Shown: positions 36,807-49,124 of the stretch, piece by piece
How the letters are laid out: each line of letters starts with the position of its first letter
How positions within the stretch are numbered: the stretch's first letter is position 1
Source of the DNA: Octopus sinensis
Taxonomy: Eukaryota
Direction: 5' to 3'
Assembly (NCBI RefSeq): GCF_006345805.1
Contig: NC_042998.1
Coordinates: forward strand, 18,786,001 to 18,850,000
Length of the DNA: 64,000 nt
Translations under genes and position numbers: made by a program
Notes under the pieces: generated by a model
Databases searched by the model: none
What the model saw: only the letters and a program-made list of their open reading frames with translations
Told to the model about the DNA's origin: nothing

Positions 36807-38124
36807 AAAGGAGGCGAGCTGGCAGAAACTTTAGCACGCCGGGCGAAATGCGTAGCCGTATTTCGTCTGCCGCTACGTTCTGAGTTCAAATTCCGCCAAC
36901 GTCGACTTTGGCTTTCATCCTTTCGGGGTCGATTAAATAAGTACCAGTTACGCACTGGGGTCGATATAATCGACTTAACCCGTTTGTCTGTCCTTGTTTG
37001 TCCTGTCTGTGTTTAGCCCCTTGTGGATAGTAAAGAAATAGATATTTCGTCTGTCTTTATGTTCTGAGTTCAAATTCCGCCGAGTTCGACTTTGCCTTTC
37101 ATTCTTTCGGGGTCAATTAAATAAGTACCAGTTACGCCCTGCGGTCGATGTAATCGACGTAATCCGTTTGTCTGTCCGTGTTTGTCCTCTCTGTGTTTAG
37201 CCCCTTGTGGGTAATAAAGAAATAGGTATTTCGTCTGCCGCTACGTTCTGAGTGCAAATTCCGCCGAGGTCGACTTTTCATTTCATCCTTTCGGGGTCGA
37301 TTAAATAAGTACCAGTTACGCACTGGGGTCGATATAATCGACTTAATCCGTTTTTCTGTCCTTGTTTGTCCCCTCTGTGTTTAGCCCCTTGTGGGTAGTA
37401 AAGAAATAGGTATTTCGTCTGTCTTTACGTTCTGAGTTCAAATTCCGCCGAGGTCGACTTTGCCTTTCATTTTTTCGAGGTCGATAAATTAAGTACCAGT
37501 TACACACTGGGGTCGATGTAATCGACTTAATCCGTTTGTCTGTCCGTGTTTGTCCTCTCTGTGCTTAGCCCCTTGTGGGTAATAAAGAAATAGGTATTTC
37601 GTCTGCCGCTACGTTCTGAGTGCAAATTCCGCCGAGGTCGACTTTTCATTTCATCCTTTCGGGGTCGATTAAATAAGTACCAGTTACGCACTGGGGTCGA
37701 TATAATCGACTTAATCCGTTTGTCTGTCCTTGTTTGTCCCCTCTGTGTTTAGCCCCTTGTGGGTAGTAAAGAAATAGGTATTTCGTCTGTCTTTACGTTC
37801 TGAGTTCAAATTCCGCCGAGGTCGACTTTGCCTTTCATTTTTTCGAGGTCGATAAATTAAGTACCAGTTACACACTGGGGTCGATGTAATCGACTTAATC
37901 CGTTTGTCTGTCCTTGTTTGTCCCCCCTGTGTTTAACCCCTTGTGGGTAGTAAAGAAATAGGTATTTCGTCTGTCGCTACATTCTGAGTTCAAATTCCGC
38001 CGAGGTCGATTTTACCTTTCATCATTTCGGGGTCGATAAATTAGGTACCAGTGCGTAATGGGGTAGATTTAATCGGCTGGCCCCCTCCCCCAAAATTTCG
38101 GGTGTCGTGCCTATACTAGAAAAT
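36807..38124 (+). mobile_element. SINE family C heptamer (184-bp units) with 15-bp TSD
   Basis: Seven units. ATTTGTGTATTCGTA at 36792-36806 and 38125-38139. Confidence 0.92.
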
Positions 38125-38310
38125 ATTTGTGTATTCGTATGTTTAAATATAGAGTTTTAAAATTAGATAATGTACGTAACAATAACCATGATTTGATGAT
38201 ACTTTTCTGCTAGTCGGACAAAGAAAGGGGATGTAGTGATACATGTTTGTGACAATCAAAGTAAAAGCTATGTAATTTCAAATAATATTTAATCCCTTAA
38301 AGTTCATTGG

Positions 38311-38625
38311 TGGAGGCGCAATGGCCTAGTGGTTAGGGCAGTGGGCTGGCGGTCGGAGGATCTCGGCTTCGATTCCCAGACCGGGCGTTGTGTGTGTTTA
38401 TTGAACTAAAACACCTAAAAGCTCCACGAGTTTCCGGCAGGGGGTGGTGGCGACCCCTGTTGTACTCTTTTGCCCCAACTTTCTCTCACTCTTTCTCTCT
38501 GTTTCTTGAGTGACGCTGCGATGGACTGGCGTCCCGTCTAGCTGGGGGGGGGGAACGCATGCGTCATAGAAACCTGGAAACCGGCCCCATGAGCCTGGCT
38601 AGGCTTGAAAAGGGTGCATAAATAA
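38311..38625 (+). mobile_element. SINE family A, tail variant 3, (TAAA)n end
   Basis: Same body and tail as 30307-30619. Confidence 0.85.
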
Positions 38626-38860
38626 ATAAATAAATAAAGTTCATTGACATTCTTATGAATAGCTCTCGACATTTTTCGAAGCAAGACAAAAAACTGTTTA
38701 ATTTATTGCTCCTCAACTGTAAACAAATATTGAAACATAATTCCATAAAGAAATCCTTAATTTCTAGGAGATATTTCCTCTTCCCTTTAACACTAGCAAT
38801 TGCCGCTCAAGTTTCTCTTTCTGTGTGATACTATGATGGAAATTCTATTAAGAAAAGGCA

Positions 38861-39276
38861 AGGTGGCGAGCTGGCAGAAACGTTAGCACGCCGGGCGAAA
38901 TACGTAGCGGTATTTCGTCTGTCGTTACGTTTCGAGTTCAAATTCCGCCGAGGTCGACTTTGCCTTTCATCCTTTCGGGGTCGATAAATTAAGTACCAGT
39001 TATGCACTGGGGTCGATGTAATTGACTTAATACCTATGTCTGTCCTTGTTTGTCCCCTCTATGTTTAGCCCCTTGTGGGTAATAAAGAAATAGGTATTTC
39101 GTCTGTCGTTACGTTCCCAGTTCAAATTCCGCCGAGGTCGACTTTGCCTTTCATCCTTTCGGGGTCGATAAATTAAGTACCAGTTACGCACTGGGGTCGA
39201 TATAATCGACTTAATCCCTTTGTCTGTCCTTGTTTGTCCTCTCTGTGTTTAGACCCTTGTGGGTAGTAAAGAAATA
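38861..39276 (+). mobile_element. SINE family C dimer with 20-bp TSD
   Basis: AATTCTATTAAGAAAAGGCA at 38841-38860 and 39277-39296. Confidence 0.92.
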
Positions 39277-39774
39277 AATTCTATTAAGAAAAGGCATTCA
39301 GTACATCGTCTTTTATCTATGCAAATTCATGCTATTGGAATATTTGGTTTACTTCGTTTAGCTCTGTATATGTTTTTTATTATGAAAAGCTAAGTGAAAA
39401 GCTATCACAAGCTCGAAGACATGACGTATGTGCAATCATCCCACTAGCGTAGCAACTTAGATGAAAGCATTTCCCGTTAAAGTCTCTCATTCCACCCAAC
39501 TACAAAGTGTGCTGGAAAGGATATTTAATGCTCCGAGTATTAATATGCGAAATAACAATAAATATAAAGGAACATATACACGTATATGTGTGTGAGTATT
39601 TCTCTTCTTCGTGCTATTATGATGCACGATCCCTATCGATCGTTTTATTTTTCTTTCCTTTCTACGATCCCTTTTGATCGAAAACGTACCCCACATTTTT
39701 CTCCCCAAAATGAAAAGCTCTACTTTGTAATTTGTCCCGTCTGTGTTCAGCCATGTGTGGCTAATAAAGACACA

Positions 39775-39829
<55 letters not shown>

Positions 39830-39871
39830 TTGTCTGTCTCTCCTCTCTCTCTCTCACTCTCTCTCTCTCTC

Positions 39872-39906
<35 letters not shown>

Positions 39907-40011
39907 GCATATACATACCACCGGCGGTGCGCACGCAAACACACATATTCGTAAATAATTAGCATATTCTTTTTCCTTTGTTATGCATGAGCGATAAATA
40001 ACATTTTCATT

Positions 40012-40023
40012 CTCTAGTTGTTG

Positions 40024-40083
<60 letters not shown>
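40012..40083. repeat. (GTT)n microsatellite
   Basis: Read directly from the sequence. Confidence 0.95.
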
Positions 40084-40084
<1 letters not shown>

Positions 40085-40833
40085 TAGCTCCAGATCAGCT
40101 CTGACTGACGAAATTCATAATGAAAGCCCTTATATCTGTGACCATCGTACATTTTCTGGCATTTTTTAAAAATCAAAGGCTACAATCCTCCTATGTATTT
40201 TTTTTTTACATATTTTTAACATACTAAGAAGATTTTTGGCAGCTATTTCTAGCCGGTCTAGTGACTACATAGAAGATACCTTGTTGGCCTGACAGTTACG
40301 GATATGTTTGTGTCTCAGTGGAACACATTACTGATAGTGTTGGCTCACCGCAACATGTCGAAATATTAACGATGGAAGCATCTTTAAGTAAATACACAGA
40401 AATTGATATGCTGGCATAAAATAAAAGCGCATTTACGAAAAATTTAATTATTATGAAACCTCATCCGACAGATGATAATCTACAGCAATGTATGAACAAA
40501 TGACTTTAGTAAGCCATGATTATGGCAGCTGCATGGGAAACTATGTAATTAATTTAAGTTACATGCCATCTGTCAATTTGGAAACGTCAGTACCCATTCA
40601 CAGACCCTCGGAAATTTTTCTGTGCTTCCTCTTCTCGCGACTAGAATAAGAAACAACAAGAATTGTGCCAACAATGAAGGAAAATATTGAAACAAAATCC
40701 TTTACAAAGTACACGCTACCATCTTGAGAAGAAAACTAGACATTGTTAAATGTCGTCTCAGAGACATTGATTAAGATATCGATAGAAAGATCATCACTCT
40801 AATGCTAATCAATACCAAAGACAATCTGTTATT

Positions 40834-41167
40834 CGTAGACTCCCTTCGGTCACGAATGACCATGGGATTGTACCTAGAAAGTTACCCTCCAAGGTACAAG
40901 TCCCGGGCAAGGTTGTTTGTGGAAGACCAGCAGTCGCCCATGCATACCAGCCTCCCCTCTCCACGCCACCGATGTTATCCAAGGGAAAGGCAAAGGCCGA
41001 TACAGCTTGGCACCTGTGACGTCGCAACTCATTTCTAAAGCTGAGTGAACTGGAGCAACGTGAAATAAAGTGTCTTGCCCAAGAACACAACACGCAGCCC
41101 GGTCCGGGGTTCGAACTCACAACCTAACGGTCGTAATTTCGGTGACTTGACCACTGAGCCATGCGCC
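40834..41167 (-). mobile_element. SINE family D (tRNA head, CORE/V-like TTGGGCAAGACACTT centre)
   Basis: TGGCTCAGTGG A-box and GTTCGAACC B-box. A second copy lies at 44205-44551. Confidence 0.8.
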
Positions 41168-41227
41168 TTCACTGTTGTTCTGATTACTTATTGCATAACA
41201 TATAGGCTTTCGACTATTGCAATCGGT

Positions 41228-41395
41228 AACATATCGTATAGCATTAGAATCATGTGCTTACGAACCACATGATTCCTGGTTAAGTCCCACTTGGGGAAGT
41301 GTCTTCTACTATATCCTCGAGTCGAACAAAGCCTTGTGTTCGGATTTGGTAGACGGAAACTGAAAGAAGCCTGTCGTATATATGTGTATATATAT

Positions 41396-41467
<72 letters not shown>

Positions 41468-41680
41468 GTATATATGTATGTGTATATGCTTGTTTGTTTG
41501 TGTTTGTCCCCCAACATCGCTTGACAACCGATGGTGGTATGTTTACGTCCCCGTAATTTAGAGGTTCGGCAAAAGAGACCGATAGAATAAGTACTAAGCT
41601 TACAAAGTATAAGTCCTGGGGTCGATTTGCACGACTAAAGGCGGTGCTCCAGCATAGCCAAGAGTAAAAAGTAAAGAGTA
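41228..41680 (+). mobile_element. SINE family B (diverged)
   Basis: Family B match. Confidence 0.8.
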
Positions 41681-42038
41681 AGTAGTAAAAAATGTTTTCA
41701 GAATTCGGCAGTGTTTACAAGAATTATAAATTTATGAGGGTTTTTATATATACTGGATTTGAAAGAGAATTATAGAAGAGAATTATAGAAACAATTAGAT
41801 TTTATGTAACTAAGTATTCATGAACTTACGTAGTAATAAATATATATATGAGTATAAGGGGACTTTAAAATCTTCTACGAAGTATGTGTAATACATTCTC
41901 AATTCATTTTTAGCGTGCTCATATCGTTTCCACAAGTTTCGGTGCTGGGAATCGAACAGACATTTTTCAATCTATCTATCTACCTATCTGTCTATCTGTC
42001 TGTTTTTCTGTCTGTCTTTCTATCTGACTGTCTTTCTG

Positions 42039-42100
<62 letters not shown>

Positions 42101-42237
42101 AATTTACCTAGCTATATGTGTGCCTGTGCGTTTGTGTATGTGTGCAAGTGTTATACATACATACATACATACATACATACATACATACATACATACATAC
42201 ATACATACATACATACATACATACATACATTCATACA

Positions 42238-44027
42238 TCGTGGGCTACCGTCTTGCAGTTAAACACAAGGAGTGATTGTATTATCTCTGAATATAAACAC
42301 AATATCGCAAAGGGATATTCTAAGGAGTCAGCCTCTCTATGATGCTGTTTATACTTTCTGTAAACCCCTTGCCATTCACGTTAAGGAAGTTTGAAGGATA
42401 TCTCACTGGTTCACATGGAAACAGAAATAACAAAATTACACACTGTTTCTTTGTGGATGACTTGAAACTATATGCTAAGTATATGTATGAGATTATAAAG
42501 AGCCTTAACCTGATTACAATATTCTCAAGGGATACAGGGCTGGAATTTGGTCAAGAGAAATGTTACTGTAAACCAGACAAGCAACATCTCCATCAATGAC
42601 TTAACTGTTTCCACTATATCTGATGAGGGATATTACAGGGGTGGATGGAAATATATCTTACAATGGCACCTGTAAGAAAACACGTGTCACTAAAGAATAT
42701 TACAGCTGAACAAAGAAAATTTGGACCTCGGATCTCTCTGCATTCAATATAAACAGTGGCCCACAATGTGTTTGCAGTGCCGGTACTCATGCCAACATTT
42801 GGGCTGCTTGATTGGACGCTTGATAAGATCCGAACTATTGATGTGAAAATGCGGAAAATACTAACAGTACATATGATTTCCACATCAATAGTGACGTAGA
42901 CCGCCTCTACCTAAAACGGAAACATGGTGGCAGATCCAAATTGCCTTTGAATATCGTATAACATCTCTTCGGCAAAATCTTTTAACCATCAAGTGTCGAA
43001 GTGCATCCTTTGACCAATTTTGCATACTTGGGACTAATAACAAGACTTGGAAGGCAGCTCCTTGTGCAGAATTCCTTGTTTGAAAACCTTACGTACATAC
43101 CCGGAGAAGTCACGCGACTCTATCACAGCATACTATCAGACGAAAGGATGAGAATATATATATAAGCAGAGGACCATGCATAGATGTCAGTAGAAAGACC
43201 ATGTTAGTAGAAAACTCCGAGATGATAGTAACATTGATCACTAAAGGAGTCTATCATGTACGAATAACTGGATTACTATCTCCCACTTCGAAAGGTATGC
43301 GTTTACAATCCAGGAACAGGAAATATCAACCAAGTACTTGATGCAAAAAAAGGACAGAGATGCAGAAAAAGCAGTAAAATGTGACAATCAATGCAGACTT
43401 TATAAAGTCAACCCCGAAGATATGGCCCACATCAAAAGCAGTTGTCTAAAAGTGTCATCCCAGTTTTATCTACCGATGAGACATGATATTGTAGCTAGGA
43501 TACTGTATGATGAAATCCTCGGCAGGATAATCCCTAGGTCAAATGAATAAGAACTCACAATATGGTAGAAGGTGGAATGTCCCAATGAAAACCTTAAAAA
43601 TATAAACACAATAGACCTGATATAATGATTTGGGATATAGAAAAGAAATTGAGTATAGTAGTGAAATCAGCTGCTCAACGGATGTTAACGTAAAGCTAAA
43701 GATCAGTGAAAAAGGGAATACCTACGCTGAACTATTGAGAAATCTGCAGTTACTCTATCCAGATTACAAGTTCAGGTTTATACCTTTAATTATTTGGGCA
43801 CTTGGATATGTAACACTCTGCCTAATTAACAATCTTGAGAAATTAGGCTTGTCAAAACCAGAAAGGAGAAAGCTAATTCGAAGACTACAGATCCAGTCCA
43901 TCACTGGAACTGTAGAAATCTGTAAAACTTTCCAGAAGTTTATCATTTAAGTATATATGAGCAAGTCTAGATATGCAGGTATATGCATGAGAAGCCATAC
44001 ATAAAGCAAAACATACAAATCTGCACG
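42238..44027 (+). pseudogene. 5'-truncated R4/Dong-type LINE (RT C-half, CCHC, RLE, 3' UTR) inside (CATA)n
   Basis: MLFILSVNPL..HCFFVDDLKLY..DTGLEFGQEKC; FHINSDVDRLYLKRKHGGR; CRL..EDMAH..RHDIVARILY; RLE tail ..IPLIIWALG..KTFQKFII* ending at 43950. (CATA)n lies on both sides. Confidence 0.88.
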
Positions 44028-44041
44028 TATACATACATACA

Positions 44042-44071
<30 letters not shown>

Positions 44072-44075
<4 letters not shown>

Positions 44076-44185
44076 GATAACCTGTTGATGTTGAAATTCC
44101 AATGAAAGAGCCTTAGATCCAGGTTAGAATCCGACTCTTTCTCTTTTGGCAAGAAATCTTGAAATAAAACTGAAAAATGAGATAC
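44072..44185 (+). mobile_element. Short unclassified insert in the same (CATA)n tract (probable retroelement 3' end)
   Basis: Complex sequence ending GAAATAAAACTGAAAAATGAG, then a TACG/TACA repeat. Confidence 0.4.
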
Positions 44186-44204
44186 GTACGTACATACATA
44201 CATA

Positions 44205-44551
44205 CAAACTTCTCTCCCTTGTGTCACGAATGACTTTGGGATTGCATGTAGAAAGTTCCCCTCTGAGGTACAAGTCCGGACAAGTAGGTACCAGTCCAAG
44301 CTAGGAGGTACAAGGTCGGGTAAGGACGTTTATGGAAGACCAGCAGTCGCCCATGCATACCATTCTTCTCTCTCCACGCCACCCATAGATCCAAGAGAAA
44401 GGCTAAGGCCGATACAGCTTGGCACCTGTGACTTTGCAACTCATTTCTACAGCTGAGTGAACTGGAGCAACGTGAAATAAAGTGTTTTTTCTCAAGAACA
44501 CAACACACAGCACGGTCTAAGCCCAACACTCTAACCACTGAGCCATGTGCC
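44205..44551 (-). mobile_element. SINE family D (head partly deleted)
   Basis: Homologous to 40834-41167. Confidence 0.8.
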
Positions 44552-45409
44552 TACATATATATCCGCCTTAGAATGAGAAAAGTATTACTCGATATATGAA
44601 ATGACAAAAGCGGCAAGCTTACAGAATCGTTAGCACACCGGACAAAGTGCTTAGGGCATTTCTTCCGACTGGCCCTTTCCTACTTAATTCGAGAACTTAT
44701 GCCTATTGACTATAGAAAGGCTGTATTAATTTGGGGATTAGCGGGGTTTTTTTATTACGTTCGAAGTAGCGACTGTCTCTGATGTTACTCCTAGTCGCTT
44801 GTTTTGTTTGTTTTTTCTTTTCTTTTTTTTTTTTTGTTTTTTGCTATTGTTAAAATGACGCCATTAGCAAATATTAAAAGCTTGCTGAAACAATTAAATG
44901 GCATGAATCACTGGCTATGATGTGCATATGAGTGTTTCCGCGTGAGCGTGCACGCACGTGTGTTTTGTTTAGTCCCCAAATTATTTTCAATAAAGACATA
45001 CGTTTTTCCTGTTTTGTATGATTTTATATGAGGGGAGCACTGTCAAACAATATGCTCTCTTGCTACAATTCTGTATGCCCTAGATCATAGTGTTAAATAC
45101 ACTAATTGATTCTGCTTACTCATATCATCCGATATCAAATAACAAGCAAGGCGGACACTTCAGAAGTTCCTGATGGGCCTTGTAAATTTACCATATATGG
45201 TAAACTGACTCGAGTTTATGAGAGGATTCACTTAACCAATGTTCTCCGATTGTGAGATCGAAAACATAAACCTCTCCACTGCATCCAGAATTTCCAATCT
45301 CAAGACCACGCCTGCAAGCATTGCACCAACATTCAACACAAAAAAACGAAGATAGTAATAAATACCGAAGACATGAAGTAAAGAAACAATATGCATGCAT
45401 ACATATACA

Positions 45410-45419
45410 TAATGATTAT

Positions 45420-45472
<53 letters not shown>

Positions 45473-45667
45473 TATATATATTATATATATAATAATATAT
45501 ATATAAATATAGTATATAGTATATATATATATATATATAATATATATGTATGTATATATCCATACACATACATACATATATATGTTATAGATATCTATAT
45601 ATAGATAGATATCGTATTATGTGTCTATATATATATATATATGTAGGTATATATATATATATATATA

Positions 45668-45713
<46 letters not shown>

Positions 45714-45743
45714 TATATATATTATATATGTATATATGTATGT

Positions 45744-45775
<32 letters not shown>

Positions 45776-45832
45776 TGTTTATATATAATATACATATTGT
45801 ATATATAAATAGTTATAGATATAGACATACAT

Positions 45833-45919
<87 letters not shown>

Positions 45920-45922
45920 ATA

Positions 45923-45960
<38 letters not shown>
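45410..45960. repeat. (TA)n/(TATC)n low-complexity tract
   Basis: Read directly from the sequence. Confidence 0.9.
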
Positions 45961-45964
<4 letters not shown>

Positions 45965-46152
45965 TTGCAGACGGGAAATGCGACACACTCCTAGTGTGCA
46001 TTCTTTATTTTATACGTTGCGAGCTCATACAATAACTACTTGATGCTAGCACACGACTTGAAAAACGAGTTCCCTTGATGTCATCCACTTCAAATAAATG
46101 ACACTTTGTTATTAGTTATATTACCATTCGGTCACGTGATAGAAGCAAGATG

Positions 46153-46252
46153 NNNNNNNNNNNNNNNNNNNNNNNNNNNNNNNNNNNNNNNNNNNNNNNN
46201 NNNNNNNNNNNNNNNNNNNNNNNNNNNNNNNNNNNNNNNNNNNNNNNNNNNN
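46153..46252. other. Assembly gap (100 N)
   Basis: Exactly 100 N, a conventional placeholder for a gap of unknown size. Confidence 0.99.
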
Positions 46253-46492
46253 TAGTTGTCTCAAGATACTTTCCACAAAGACCTTTCTAACCTCTGGTTG
46301 AGCATGGTTGGATGCAAGAGGGTGATTTCTGTATTATACCGCTGTGCTGTTGAGACGTTCTTCTGGTATATTTATTTCTATGTCTCTCATGGGACAAGTG
46401 GAAACACATTCCAGTTAGTCATTCAATCAAAGATATATTGGTGATTATATTGATGTTCAGCTTCTTGAACAAGGTTTCGTTTTATATATATA

Positions 46493-46543
<51 letters not shown>

Positions 46544-46736
46544 TAATCTATAAAATACATTATATATATATATATATTATATATATATATATATATTATA
46601 ACATATATATATATATATATATAATATTATATATATATATCTAATATATATTTATATAACATATATATATACATAATATATACATATACTACAATATATA
46701 TTAAATAAATACATATATATATATAATATATACGTA

Positions 46737-46778
<42 letters not shown>

Positions 46779-47114
46779 GCCGAAGATACAGAAGCGTACA
46801 TATTAATTATAGTGGTTCATAATACAAGTATGTATATATATATGTATGTGTATATATATATATATATAATATATATATACACACACACACTATATATCTA
46901 TATATGTATATATATATGTACATATGTATGTATGTTTATATATATATATATATATATATTGCTGTCTCTATGTACTGTATCCCAGATATTATTTATTCTT
47001 GATCTCGAGATTACATATTTCTCTGGAAGTGGTTTTCATGCAGTTAATTCTCCGTCTGAAGTATTCCAGACCTTTGTCACATGAGAAATTTTATTCTTTC
47101 CAGGATTTACATTT

Positions 47115-47170
47115 TTCTACATGTCAGCGTTCTACATGTCAATGTTCTACATGTCAACGTTCTACATGTC
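47115..47170. repeat. 15-bp minisatellite, about 3.7 copies of TTCTACATGTCA(G/A)(C/T)G
   Basis: Read directly from the sequence. Confidence 0.9.
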
Positions 47171-47460
47171 TGAGACAAATTCCATGCGTAGAGGGGCTTA
47201 ACTACTTAAAAAAAATACTTCAGTTCGTGTCTTACGTTTACCCGAAGGGTATAGAATTTTTCATGTAAGATGCAACGCTAGTTTTCTCTGCACTGGTTAC
47301 TGTTAATTCTCTATTGCTTTACGAATAGACAAAATTGTAAGGGTTGCATTAGCATTTTAGACTCACTCTGATATTGTTGGGGAAATGTGTGAGCATATGC
47401 ATGCTCATGTATGTGTCTGTGTGTATGTGTGTGTATCTATCTATCTATCAGTCTATCTAT

Positions 47461-47522
<62 letters not shown>

Positions 47523-47557
47523 CTATATATCCATACATCCATCCATATACATACATA

Positions 47558-48011
47558 GTGGCTGCCCCCTCGTTATCGAGTATGGCCATTGCACGAAGCT
47601 TAATCAATGTTGTTATCGTGCAATGTCTGTGCAAGAAGATTTTTTTTAAAGTGAGGAAAGGCTGTGCAACTAAGCAAACAGCAGCCATAATCCGAAAAGA
47701 AGAACAAGTCAACATCATCGGTAACACTGAGCCGCAGGTTTTATGTCGGAGTTATCCCAGTTACCTGAGTTACCTTCTCCTAGAAGGATGCCCTAAAACG
47801 CTAGGAGTCCTTCACTCCCAATGGTAACCGCGCGATCGGTATTCACTCCGATTATTTCTATGTCCCCGCGCATGATACAGCTTTAAGACATTTATTGGAT
47901 GGCCGTTGACTCTCAAGAGTTCCTCCGATCTTTCACGGGTTTTGTTTTTCATCCCGCAGGGTGTCCAGTAAACACCCTCCTCACCAAGCAAGCTTGGTGG
48001 GGTTGCCGGTA
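47558..48011. mobile_element. Unclassified 450-bp element flanked by CATA repeats
   Basis: Complex sequence between CATATACATACATA and a 200-bp (CATA)n tract. CCAAGCAAGCTTGG hairpin near the right end. Confidence 0.45.
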
Positions 48012-48029
48012 TGTACATACATACATACA

Positions 48030-48063
<34 letters not shown>

Positions 48064-48093
48064 CATGCATACATACATACATACATACATACA

Positions 48094-48127
<34 letters not shown>

Positions 48128-48212
48128 CATGCATACATACATACATACATACATACATACATACATACATACATACATACAACATACATACCTGCATACA
48201 TACATGCATACA
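48012..48212. repeat. (CATA)n microsatellite
   Basis: Read directly from the sequence. Confidence 0.95.
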
Positions 48213-48981
48213 ATCAAGAAAATTAAGTTCGTTTTTTTTCAGTTACCAACCAGATACAACTGCAGATACGAGTGACATTATTTTCGTAGTTATTAAACTG
48301 AAATGATCTTGTAGGACATTTGCATTTACACTCTAAAAGTTACTATGTTCCTCTCGTATTTAACGATCGTATATTAGAATGCATGCATAAAATATCTAAA
48401 TTACTCTGTGCGGGCGTTAGAGGCTCCAGTGGATCAGCAAGCAACGGAAAATTATAGGAAAATTACATAGAAGTTGTCTTCTGTTTCCATTACTAGTTCT
48501 GCTCGACACAAAAAAAAAAAAAAACTGGGAAAAATCGAAATAATTTTTAAAAGAATATATTGTGATGAATATCATCCTAGCTAAAAAGAGACATCGTGAT
48601 CGTCTTATGTTTGTATCACCGATACCTAGCATTAATTGCCTAGTTATATTAGTGTAGTTTTAAACTCAACCTTTGTGGTTTTTCACTTCATTTCTTCACA
48701 GCCTCTTTGGCGTTCACGATATCTATGAAAGCTATAATATAGAAATACCTGATGAACCAAATTGCAAGGCTTTAGCGTTCATCAAGAAAACAAGAATAGT
48801 TATAGCAATATAAACAGTGCAAAAATCCTAAATCCACAGAAAGGAGAGTTATTTCTCTCAGCACCAATATTTGTGTGTTCATATAGAAATTAGAGGAGCC
48901 GGAGTACAGCACGAAATTACCGAAAAAAATATCAACAGTAAACATATATTATTATATATATGTGTATATGTAATATTATAT

Positions 48982-49026
<45 letters not shown>

Positions 49027-49124
49027 ATATATTATATATAATATATATACATATAACTTAGAAAGGTTTTGGCCAGTATTGGCCCAGGCATGTCTAACTT
49101 AATAGCACCACCTGGCCAAGTCTT

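Noticed and set aside
36807-38124. CRISPR-like regular array
   Set aside because: Units are 184-bp near-identical SINE segments with no unique spacers, there are no cas genes, and the context is eukaryotic.
40104-40135. Hammerhead-like CTGACGA...GAAA
   Set aside because: No stem III or cleavage triplet can be formed.
46153-46252. Any structure spanning the N run
   Set aside because: The gap size and the true adjacency of the flanks are unknown.
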